A stretch of 62,518 nucleotides of DNA, counting the filler, from Phoronis australis (Eukaryota; Animalia; Phoronida), in assembly GCA_002633005.1 (NCBI GenBank). It is 2 parts of 2 records of this genome, joined end to end, with 100 filler letters (N's around TTAATTAATTAA, not from the genome) between each part and the next. Parts side by side here need not be neighbours in the genome. Positions count along the whole stretch, not along the records: positions 1 to 31,123 come from NMRA01001126.1; positions 31,224 to 62,518 come from NMRA01001209.1. One strand, written 5' to 3'. The translations under genes and the position numbers were made by a program. The notes below the pieces were generated by a model. It was not told the DNA's origin. It saw nothing but the letters and a program-made list of their open reading frames with translations, and ran no database searches. Below, one piece after another: positions 24,601 through 35,870 of the stretch; within the stretch, counting starts at the first letter, position 1, and the number at the start of each line of letters is the position of its first letter.

Positions 24601-25854
24601 GTACTAAACTGTGTTTAAAAGAATGGAACCTTTTGAAGTTCTTTATCCACAAATTGTACCATTTTTTCAAGCTGCTATTAACCCAACCTCTTTTTAGAAC
24701 CGTCATGTAACAATATAAGATTGGTCTGGTACAAACAATGTTATTTTTGGCCAAATTAGTAGCAAAAATCACAAGCACTCATGAAGATTGGCATTGGATT
24801 TGGATACTAGTGTCTGATGTCAATCTTCATGTGTGTGCTCGTGATTAGACTCTTGATCTCGTACTGTTCCTTACTGAGATTACATGTGGGTATTGGCTGC
24901 GGTTGAACTGATAGTTTGTTATTGCTTAAGGCCTGGTGCAATAGCCATGGCTTTGAGCAATAAAAAAGTTTGAATTCTTCCAAGTCCACTAAGGAACAAG
25001 TTGAGGCAGGGATATATACAGGGCTTGGAATTTTCTTTTTTTTGTTTTGATTTCCTCTTATTCGATTTCCAGCTTCTTTTTATCATCATGTTTTGGCTTG
25101 ATTCATGCAGAAACATTTATTTCGGTATAATTTTACAACACAAAAGTATTTTTATCACACAAGCCTACATGTATTTGTGAAATGATAGATCACCTGGAAA
25201 ATTTTCCTCTTATAGTGATCCCAATTCCTGTACATAGTGGTAAGTTGTTCAGATCAAAATTTATTCTTGTTCACATAAGACGCATTTATAGCAACTTTAA
25301 GGGATTTAATTCGAAGGAAATCTGGAAGCTAGAAGACACCATCTGATAAGCGCATTCTGAAATCAACAATTGTGCTTGTACTTTCCAAGATGTTCAACAC
25401 ACATTGTTAGGTATAGGGATAGGGTTCATTCCACCATCCTTAAGTTTTCAGAGTATCCTTCTAAAACCATTATAAGGGGGTACTCCCACAGGTTTATACA
25501 AGACGTTAAAAACACTGCAAATCACGTGATTTTCGATCTTGACAATAATAGGCTAACTGAAGTCCGCACACATGCAGAGAGCGTTCATCTACTAAGAGGA
25601 ATTTGAAGTTACGAAAACACCCGAGGTGTTCTGGATGCCCTTGGAAGTTAATGCTTTCAGTGCATGCTCGAACTTTTGGACATTATGGCCAATCATTCTC
25701 CATTAAGTTTGATAATCACGCAGGTTAAATTCACCTCCAATGAGAAATTTGAGGCCCCGAATATACCCAAGGTGATCTGAATGGCTTAGGACCCTCAAGT
25801 TGTGCGGGGTCCCACCTCAAAAAAGAAATGAGGAAGAAGAAATTAGTATGTCAA

Positions 25855-26064
25855 CGAGGGGAGGGGTGTAGCTTGAGAATTGTGGCTACCTGGAGGGTCG
25901 AAAGTTGTGGTGTTCTAGGGGGTGAATACTGTGTAGGGGGGACTGCCTAAAATTCTCCCAGATTCCATTTGGCAGTTTGGGGGTGCAAATGTCTGACGGG
26001 CAAAATACTCTGCCCTTGCCCCTACCCCCGTCCCCCCTAACTCAAAATCCTGGATCATCCCCTG
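25855..26064. mobile_element. GC-rich MITE fragment with CAGGGG(A/C)GGATCCAGG-type terminus (hAT-like)
   Basis: Ends ...AAATCCTGGATCATCCCCTG; interior is reverse-complement similar to 40945-41080; same terminus type at 31899-31922 and 56664-56957. Confidence 0.55.
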
Positions 26065-26100
26065 CTGTAAGATCTTACATCAGGGGAGGATCCAGGATTT
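26045..26100. repeat. 56-bp near-perfect palindrome formed by two MITE termini
   Basis: Left arm AAATCCTGGATCATCCCCTGCTGTAAGA vs reverse complement of right arm AAATCCTGGATCCTCCCCTGATGTAAGA: 26/28 match, no loop. Confidence 0.9.
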
Positions 26101-27430
26101 CGGGGCGTTTTCAATTCATAAAAAGCGTTCAAACAATGAAACTGTAAAAATGGCAAGTGAAAATAGTGAAGCCATTGTTAATTCAGGTTTATTTTCCTAA
26201 TAAGGAATCTATAATTACTTGATTTTACTTCAGTTTGTTGGTAATATCACAATATATAAACAGCTACCTCACCAGAGAGTTCCCCCCGACCGCAAACGCG
26301 AACCAGACGCAAAATAACTTTTTACTCTCGCGACACTTAGCGACCTGATAACGTAATACCGGATGTCATCATGCGCAGAGCAAACTTCTTGGTTAAAAAT
26401 TGCCAGCTGAGAGCCAATGAAAACCATTGTTCTAGTGCGCTGTACCTGGGCCTTCACGAGCAATCCCTGACGTCAGCTTGTGAGGCCCGGGAACCAGGTT
26501 ACCGGTTATGTAGGACCAATGAGCTATATGTATAAAGACGACACGATTATACTCGCAAGCCAGACAGCGCGTGACACGTGGTCCGCCGCATTGATGATGA
26601 ATGCTATGGAAACAAAGCACGGTGGCCTTATGGAAGCATGGGAATTTTTAGAATAAAATTTGTAATTTTAAATACTAACGAGGATTTGAAATATTGGTAA
26701 TATAAAGTAATGTAAACCTGTGACCCACGCATTGCGTAAACGGTCATATAAGCCATTGCAAAGACAGTCACTGAAATGAAAAATATAAAAAATGATATTA
26801 TACAGTCATTAACCTTTTTCGTCGTTATAATTGCATAGTACCTATTTTTCAGTTGTTTATAAACAGACAAGACGATCAGTTGTCAAGGGGGCCGCTCTCG
26901 GGCGCTCCATTACATCACTGCATTCCCAAAGCCACTTGATTTATCCTAAAAATCCGCTTTGGAAATCGATGAGCATACAAACAACAGTATGCATGCATGT
27001 AAAGTCGTGTGATTGTATACAACAGTTGTCCAATGGAACTGTAAATGTTTGTGTACATGTACATGTGCATATTCGGAATTGAGGGCATAGGCCGGTTTGA
27101 ATAAAAGTTGAGAGCAAACTTTTGCAAAACGATAGATTTGTAGAAACTGATATGTTAACATTAAGTATTTCCATGAAAAAAGAAGAATGTATGACATCAA
27201 AAACACCCTGTACTGGTTGGTAAGACACGCACATATACATCGGTTAGCCGCGTGTGCCTGTGAACACCACTGCTTGGGCGGCCGAAGCCGGAGGTCGAAG
27301 TATGCATTTTGCATAAGCCCAATTTCCCGATAGGTGATTGGAATTGTCTACTTCAGGTTATACCAAGGAATAATAATTTCACTAATATGCAGACGTTTTT
27401 TCAAAAAGTGAAACGCATGTAAGGGGTGCT

Positions 27431-27901
27431 GAGGTGTCTCAAGGAAAATTACTTCAGTGATACGCTCTTTTTCTATAACTATCTGGTATTACAAGTCCTA
27501 ATACCTAATTCATTTTAGCGTGGTGAACTGGTAATTTGCACAGTTTGAAACGACATGGTCTCACAGTTCAAACAGTTGTGTCAAAAATGTACGAAACTAT
27601 AAATGAACTTTGTAAAAGTGATTGTTTTTTTGAAAATAAGAAGCCTGTAGAATTATATTTTTGAGTTTTTATCAGTCTGTCATTAGTTGCGTCACGTGAC
27701 CATGTCTTTTTAGTAAAAATTTGTAATAAGAAAGGTACGTTGATAGCAAAAATACGGTATCAATAATACGACCAAGTGTTACCGGTCAAAAGAGGTCACA
27801 AAGACCCTGTTATTGTTTTCTATGTTATAATTTCGTTTTCGTTAAATCCTACTTTTGATGTTTTTCATGAAATTCACCAGTCTTATTTCTGAGAACACCT
27901 C
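27431..27901. mobile_element. Putative TIR element with GAG termini
   Basis: GAGGTGTCTCAAGGAAAATTACT vs reverse complement of right end GAGGTGTTCTCAGAAATAAGACT; no clear TSD. Confidence 0.35.
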
Positions 27902-27995
27902 ATTCAAAATGGAACATTCTAAAACAGTTGGGCACTAGTGCATAAATTATAGTATAAATGTAGTTCGGTGGCAGCCCTTCATTGACACACACTTG

Positions 27996-28293
27996 GTTGA
28001 AGGCACGACTGCACTTTTTGTTAGACAATTTTCAATACTGTACTCTCTCGTAGTCTCTAAACAATCTCCTGTCTTCGGGCGTGCAGGTACATGTATGAAG
28101 CAAAACACTAAGAGACACAACAGACAAACAAGTTCAAATACTAGCTACGTTTCAACTTGTTTGTCCGTTGTTTCTCTTGGTGTTTTGCTTCATAGCTGCA
28201 CGCCTGAACATACAGGCAGGAGATTGCATAGGAACTACGATCGAGTATATAATACTGCAAGCTGTCTTTTAAAAATGCAGTCGTGCCGTCAAC
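27996..28293. mobile_element. ~300-bp foldback (fully palindromic) MITE
   Basis: Arms align from GTTGAAGGCACGACTGCA / TGCAGTCGTGCCGTCAAC inward to a ~8-nt loop at ~28141-28148. Confidence 0.8.
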
Positions 28294-29652
28294 AAAGCCC
28301 AGTATCTGAAAGTTTGGTATGAATCCGATCATGCATTTCTGTACCAATTTTGGACATTTTTGTACGGTCCAAGATAGCCTTAAAAACGGCAATAAACCCG
28401 CCTTGGCGTTATAAAAACTAATTTTCGATTACCACTTACCGCTTTGAAAGTGACCGGTCTCAAAGTGTCCTTAATTTAAATAGACCAGAATTTGCAATTT
28501 GCCTTGTTAAGGGCGGCATACACTGTATCGTTCACTTGCCAGCTATGGTCCCGAGGAATAACGAGCTGTCAAAAATTAATTCTCATATGAGTTAGGTAAC
28601 ACATTGGCGTCAATTTCGAAGCCATATAGTTCCTGGGTCGAAGGATACGGGAGGCTTCTGACACCACTTCTGCGATCAATTTGGGAGAAACGATTTTGTT
28701 TTGATGTTTTTGTATCACAAACCACCGTTAGGACATGCATCACGTGGATCTCTTCATGATTAATATTTATTACGAGTACTAGTAAGACCGGCCCTCATTT
28801 GTGAGTTTACTTTGTCGGTTAAAAATAGACGTATTGGATGAAAAATCCAAATTTTGGAAGCTTGTACATGTAAGACATGTTCTAGTTTCCACTCCAAACA
28901 ATCCAAACACTAGTCTAACTGATTAATGAATAGCAAAGGGAATTCTTTGGTCAGCACTGCTGTCAATTTTTTTCTATTTTTAAGAAAAGATAATGTTTGC
29001 AAAAAATCACCGTCGATCTGAAGAAGAAACTAGCAGGAAATGGTCTGGGTCCATTTTCTGTAATGGAAAGTTGACCTGGAAATTGACCAATCGCATGGCA
29101 GGCTTCAATAAAATTATAGTAGAAGCGTGCGGCGTGATTGGCGGAATTTCGAGTCAGAGTATGAATAGAGTCTGAGGTCGGATATTTAGACCCAGGGCCG
29201 AACTTATTTAAATGCGGATAAAAACTCATATAAATGTATTAAATTTTACCACAAAGCATACGCTTTGTAAACTACATAGATCACTAACTGAAAGAGGGTG
29301 TTATCGTTACTGATAAAAAACTCATATGAATGCATTAAATGTTTATCACGAAGCTCAAGCTTTGTAAACTACATAGATCAAAGAGGGTATTATCTTTGCT
29401 GTGCTGTAAAAGCTAGTGCATAAAGTATTCCAGTCTACTCATGTTCGTGGTCGAATACCCTAAGAAACAGTATTGCGTTATTCGAAGTCGTTGCATTTTA
29501 GAAAATCATGACTTTTCAAGGTTTGAGTGAATGTTCAAACTTATAAATCTATTGTGCATTGCTTTCTTCGAATTATTGCGGCAAATATCTCTACGTTTGT
29601 TCGGTCATTTTCCTTTAGACTCGCTTTGAAGTGTACAACAGGAATAATTTAA

Positions 29653-30463
29653 GGTTATCTCCAACCTTATTTAGTGGCCTCCATTCTAACTCGTCTATCA
29701 AAATCCTAAGCTTTGTCAACTAGTAAAAGCTGAAAGAACAAAGACCAGGAAATATAAATATACTTTTTGTATTTATGTGCCGTAATTAGTTTTAAGTCAA
29801 AATTTCATTTTTAAGAAAAGTACATTCATAGCAAAAATAACCCCTGCGTTGATTGTAATGAAACCTTTTTTAAATGAAAACTTCACCAGTTACCTCAAAA
29901 ACGCTGTTAGGAATTTTCGATTAGTCTGTTCGTTTGGTTTCTATGACAAATCAACTCGCAAAACGTAAAAAATTGAAGTCGTATTCGTCTTTGTCACATT
30001 ACGCCAAAACTAGGCCTTTATATCAAAAATCCTAAAAGAGTTTTTGAGATTGATGACTAAATATTAAGTTTAGAAATTTTCAGCGAAATCCATCTAGACG
30101 TTTTCGAGAACTAGCGTTCCTAAGTTCAAATAAAGTCGATTTGCCGAAGCGGCGAGAAAAAGCCGATTAAACAGGGACAAGTGAAAATCTCGAAGTCTTC
30201 GGTTAATTATACGGTGAAAACTTGTTTTCGATAAACATAACCTATACAATCCTTAAATAACTTAGCTATTTCAACGTTCACTCGCAATGTCAACTGATTT
30301 TGCATTAAAACCTCAATAAGACGAATTATTCCCTGCCAACTTTTACTGTTGTTTATATATTTTGTATTTGAAGTTCCCTGAGAATGAAGGTAAGGTATTT
30401 TTCTAGACACAATTGAAATATTGTAAAAATGGACAATTTTTATGAATAAGGTTGGAGATAACG
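29653..30463. mobile_element. Non-autonomous TTAA-specific (Kolobok-type) DNA transposon, 811 bp
   Basis: TTAA at 29649-29652 and 30464-30467; TIR GGTTATCTCCAACCTTATT / AATAAGGTTGGAGATAACG (18/19 match). Confidence 0.75.
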
Positions 30464-31123
30464 TTAAACGAACTTTTATTTTATTACCGAGACACTTGAA
30501 GAACCGAAAGTGAAACCGGGGTTATAGGTATTGCTGTTCACACAGTACTTGCCTGAGTTCTGTAAACGCAAGAATCTCGTGAAGGAAAATCACAAGCTTT
30601 GCTTGCAATACATGGGAATACCTCGCAAACACTTGCGTCATCTTGAGATTTCGTGCGGTTCTTTTACCTATGAACAGCAGGTCAGGCATTTTTTAACTTT
30701 TGTGAGATTGGTCGAATGAAAAATTCGCCCTTTTCAGAGACTGACAATTCGCATAAAATCTCTCTATACATACAATGAATATGAACATTTTGACGCAGTC
30801 GTAAAACACCAATCCTTTAAAAGCAATCACTGAAAATGTTTTTATCAGTTGATAAACTGTCATTGGCTTCTGCGCATGTGTTAACAAGATGGATCGTAAA
30901 AGAATCGGAGACAAAAGCGCACTTTAATGACTCTTATTACAGCAACACAAACAAGAATGGACAAGAAAAGGGAAACCAGGTATTATACATATAAAGCAAA
31001 ATTTATTTTAACAAATGAAATACATGTAATTCCTGGGCTCGTGACCAAAGGAAACATCTTGAATCTGAAAAACCCATGTCTTTACTAAGCTCACGTTCCT
31101 GACAGTCATTGTTAAATTGTAGT

Positions 31124-31223
31124 NNNNNNNNNNNNNNNNNNNNNNNNNNNNNNNNNNNNNNNNNNNNTTAATTAATTAANNNNNNNNNNNNNNNNNNNNN
31201 NNNNNNNNNNNNNNNNNNNNNNN
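31124..31223. other. Artificial contig-joining spacer
   Basis: 44 N + TTAATTAATTAA (31168-31179, stops in all six frames) + 44 N = exactly 100 bp. Confidence 0.95.
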
Positions 31224-31593
31224 ATGAAGAAAATTTACTTAATTTTTTAAAGAAAATGGAACCTGAGTGGCGATGAAAAAACAGACGCTGCTGGTAAGAC
31301 GTGAATTTTAATCGAAGCCTAATTTAATCACTCAGAAACTCGCAATACTCTCTTTGTCAAACCTTATCTTAAGACGGTTTCCAAAGCAATCCCCGGCGTC
31401 ATTATTGCCAACACGAAAAATGGATTTGGTCTTTTGGGCATTTGAAGACTATTTCAAATACGACAAATTTGTTAAGAATTGATGACACAAAATATAAAAC
31501 GTGTAATAAGCATTACAAAAAGAAGTAGGTTACGCGCGCAAACGCTGTGGCCCATAAACAAGTAAGTCTTTTAGTATGATTGTTTTAGTTAAA

Positions 31594-31660
31594 TCGTGGT
31601 GGTGTAGTGGTAACGTAAGCGCGCTCAAGCCTCTAGGTTGTGAGTTCGATTCTTTGACAC
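31594..31660 (+). mobile_element. tRNA-derived (SINE-head-like) remnant
   Basis: A-box TGGTGTAGTGG (~31600) and B-box GAGTTCGATTC (31642-31652); acceptor stem does not pair. Confidence 0.45.
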
Positions 31661-32921
31661 TTGCATTTGTTTTCCTGTTTGACACGTTCTCCGTGTTTTT
31701 TTTTGCCTTTTTTTCTTGGATAATACTTCAGGAATCGAGGCAAATGCTTGATTTTTAGAGGTAAAAACAGAAAAATTTCCTGGGCGGGAGGGGGGCAAAC
31801 CCCCCTCCCGACCTCCCCCATTCGGTGCTATGCGCATCTACAATCGTGGTTCAGATTGCGCAAATGCTTCCAGCCGGACAAAATGTTGGCCCCCCCCTTG
31901 TGATATCCTAGATCCGCCACTGCACTAAATAAGATTGGTCCTAACCCCGGTCGTCAAGGTAAACGGTGGGGTATGGAAAATTGAACTACACCGTATTCAT
32001 CCACGTTGGCTGAGTCGCGCTCGGCTCACGATCAAAGGGATGCCGCCAAGCTGCTCTATTCATTGAGTCACGAGCGAGGATAATTGGCTTCGCTCATGCG
32101 GATATGATCAGTGGATTACAATCTACCTAGCAGACTGTACTTTTTATGGAGAGAGTTACAAGTAGTTTTTACTGTAATATTTGAAAAGAGGAGCGAAAAC
32201 AAATATGAGTATAATTTTGAATTTTTCAAATCGGCCCAGGATAAGAGATTTTGCAACACAGCAACACTCACGATTACTTTCAATCGGCGCGCACGAATAC
32301 AAAAATATAGGACCCAAGTTATTTAGATTTTGGAACACATGCATTGCAATATTCAAAATACGTTTATTATGAATCTTACAAGCTGTAAAACGACGTTGTT
32401 TAATTTCATTGTGCTCATTCATTGTCANACGTTGTTAATTTCATTGTGTTCATTCATTGTCATCCGTCAAATCGGCAATTTCCGAGATGTGATCTGCGGC
32501 GTGCATGCGCGTATGTGTACAAAACACGTGATTGTTATGTTCCTGAAGAACGAAAATTAAGAAGGCTTTAACATGCCATTATTATTGACAGGGACACGAT
32601 AAAACGAATTTGGATTTTGACTATAGTCTTGATACAGCAATCTGACTGACCACTGCGTCAGTGTCTCCGTTAGACCCAGAAATTTCACACAGCCCGGGAA
32701 GTTCATTTCGTCCCCAACATGTAGATCGAGCCTTGGACTATTAATACTCCACGGCAGAGCTAACGACAGTCGGCCTGTGCACACAAAATCTGTGAGTTAA
32801 TCAGCACTCACCTTGCACGTTACAGCCGTTTAAGTGAAAAACAATCTAGTAAACGCCATTTTCTTGCATAATCCTCCGCCTTTTGTAACAAAAAAGTCTA
32901 TCGTCGATGACCCGCACACGC

Positions 32922-33730
32922 ACGCTCACTCACTCTCATACGCAGACGACCTTCAAAACAAACGTCACGTGACAACAACATGTTTTTTCATCCAGAGATT
33001 TTTCTCGTGTTGTGGAGTACGATGTAGCGCACATTTGGACTTAATCGCAATTAATCTGGACTAACGCTCACTCACTCTCATACGCAGACGACCTTCAAAA
33101 CAAACGTCACGTGACAACAACATGTGTGTTCATCCAGAGACTTTTCTCGTGTTGTGGAGTACGATGTAGCGCACATTTGGACTTAATCGCAATTAATCTG
33201 GACTCCACAGGAACTTTTAAAATTGTAAAACATCAGGAAGATTTCAGGTAATTTGTTGAGTCGAAACTATATTTATATTCAAGAGTACAAGTTTTCCTAT
33301 TGACGATCGCGATTCAGCGACGCATCACTCGGCAAGTTTTCGCCCTGTGATGAGCACAATTTTTTGAAAAATTATCGTAATTTAACAACGGAAGTTGATA
33401 GCAATGCACCACAATTTTGTAGAAAGTCTGTCATAGGCTACAAATACCTCACAGAGCGTAAATTTGATGAATCCTAGCTTCCGATTTTACCCGTTTGGGA
33501 AACCGGGCGTGCGTTCAGTAGACGCTAGGACCTACGCTAGGACCTAGCTAAAACCTAGTCAAAGTCACGTGTTCTTATTTAAAATGCACAGCAATATCTC
33601 ACGTACTCTCGCGAAGTCTTGCCTTTTAGCGAGGTCCTATCGTTACTGAACGGGAGGCGGGTTTCAACTGCCGTAGGCTCACTACAATAAGCGTCCCCTC
33701 CCCGTGAAATGAATTTTTCTAAGCGTTTGT
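32922..33730. mobile_element. Dispersed repeat family B, copy 1 (contains a 141-bp tandem duplication, 32922-33062 / 33064-33204)
   Basis: Collinear similarity with 56545-57335, from CTTCAAAACAAACGTCACGTGACAAC through GATTTCAGGTAATTTG and TAGCTTCCGATTT to TTTTCTAAGC. Confidence 0.75.
33507..33658. mobile_element. ~150-bp MITE nested in family B copy 1
   Basis: TIRs CGTTCAGTAGACGCTAGGACCT / AGGTCCTATCGTTACTGAACG; absent from the homologous site (ACCGGTTTCAAC, ~57279) in copy 2. Confidence 0.75.
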
Positions 33731-35870
33731 TTGAGCCAATACAGTATACAGCTTTCCACCAAGGCTAGGTGATGCAAGACATTATTACTTGTTCTTTGTT
33801 GCATTATAGTAACTGGTCTTGGCTAATTATCATTTTATGGCCTGGTCACCCATTCAGCCCAAAGTAGTTCCAGAGGTGGCTTATCAGCCAATTATTCACG
33901 CATGCTGACTCACAATAGAAGCCTGATAAGAGTGAAGGTGGATAAATGTGGTGTTCCTACAGTTTCTTGTTTTAGTGGATGTGTTCAGGACATGTTGGCA
34001 TTGATTGATGATAAAACCTGGCTGTCAGTGAAGAAAGATTAATGGGCAGACACTTGAGATATAAAAACTTGTCACTGTCCAGGGATAAATCTGACTAAAA
34101 CCCATGGCATTAGGGTGAATGGTATGAATAAAAAACCATCAGTACATCTCAACTTAGTCCATTTTCAGTTGTGAAAGTGGAGACAGTGTCCTGAAGTTTG
34201 TCTTTGGGTTCAGTTGGCTCATTGTGGTACCGCTGAATGAACCTCCATAACCCTTTTGTTTTTTGAAGCATCAAAATTGGTCCAGAAATGGTAAAGTTAC
34301 AACTTGTGCTAGGTTTCAAGTCTAGTGCCGTACACACGCAGACTTACCCTAGAACAAGTTACTCCAGGAATGAGTAACGTGTTCTAGGGTAACTTGTCCC
34401 ACCTGTAATATCTCAGTATGGCCTCAAAAGTGGGGTAGGGCGGAAGTAATTACCAGCTATGACTACATACAGATGGTTTTCTGTTGCACATTGGCATTAG
34501 GTGTTCATTGCCATGCACAGAACAACAATTTCTTCTGCCTCACTCTATAGTTATGGGATGTGCGTGTGGACACTCCACTCTAAAGTAGGGTGCATGTTGT
34601 TCTAGGATAGGCTATGTGGGAACCAGTCCTCCAACACACCGTCCAAACAACACATGGTTCACATATACTAACAACACCAATCTGCTACCAGTGTATTTAC
34701 CCATAGGGCCTGAGGGGAATCATTAGAGGATAACCTAGTAACCTTACATAATGTTACATAACGTGTTATGAATAAATGAGGTCTTCACAGTTACACTTTG
34801 AGTTTGTATATTTCTCCAAATGTGTTGGGATTTTATATCGAAGGAGTTTCCTGGAATTAACTTAAGATACTAGTGTTCCTAATTAAACCATTTTTGCTTG
34901 TTTTTGCCCCTAAATTTTTTTAACTTTATTTCGAAAGGCACAGTTTGCTCTGATTTCTTAACGCGTTTTGAGATATAGCTTTCACACCATGTTTGGAGTA
35001 AATTCCATTCAGAGATACAGATGTTGATATATATGCTGGGCTAGAAAAAGAACTTTTTTACTAATAAATTTCAACATCACAAGCATATTTTGCTTTCAAC
35101 TTTTGAAATCTGAAGCAAAACTATGGTATTTTAAAAGTTTGTTATTACTTTATATTAAACAATTACACAAACCTTGGTATTTCTACTAAGTAACATTACC
35201 GAAACAGGGTCATTTTGCTCCTTAGTTTGTTCTAAGTTTGAATCCTGCTGTCAGCAGTCAAGTTATTTCTCCACTACATCTTAAATCAGCTATTTACTTA
35301 GCCTGACAGTTCAGGTATGCTGCAAACTGAAATTGATCTATCATACTAACAGCTGAGGCAGTGTGTTATTGAAAAACTGAATATGGAAACGGGATGAACT
35401 CATGTGAAGCCAGTGTATAATGTCTAGAGTGAAGCTGCTGTAATGTCCGAGGTCAAGCCTGTGTATTGAGTGAACCTGGTGTAATGTCCGAGGTCAAGCC
35501 AGTGTAATGTCCAGAGTGAAGCTAGTGTAATATCCAGGAGAAAGCCAGTGAAATGTTTACATCAAGCTTTTTCAGGCACCCAACAATTGTTTGGATTAAT
35601 AAATTTTTGAGCTCAGCAACTGCACATAATAACATGCCCTCCAGCTTGGATTTTGCTGCAGTGACATAATTTCCGATTTGACATATGTCTGTCACTTTGA
35701 TGCGTCCACTTGCTAAACTAATATTCATTTTTGTAATTTTACTTTCAATTGATAGGCGTGAATGAATTATCAATGTGCTGGCTGTAATCTCTTTTCTCAA
35801 GGCTTATACTTATAAAGGGCATTCACCTGGTCACTGTTAAGCTGTCATTGTTGAATTCTGAAAGCACTTG

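Noticed and set aside
26270-26630. Promoter-like cluster (CCAAT, TGACGTCA, CCGGATGT)
   Set aside because: No adjacent gene model; such motifs are common in this genome's transposon ends.
31594-31660. Functional tRNA gene (also ~2030-2070)
   Set aside because: A/B boxes are present but there is no pairing acceptor or anticodon stem; treated as SINE-like remnants.
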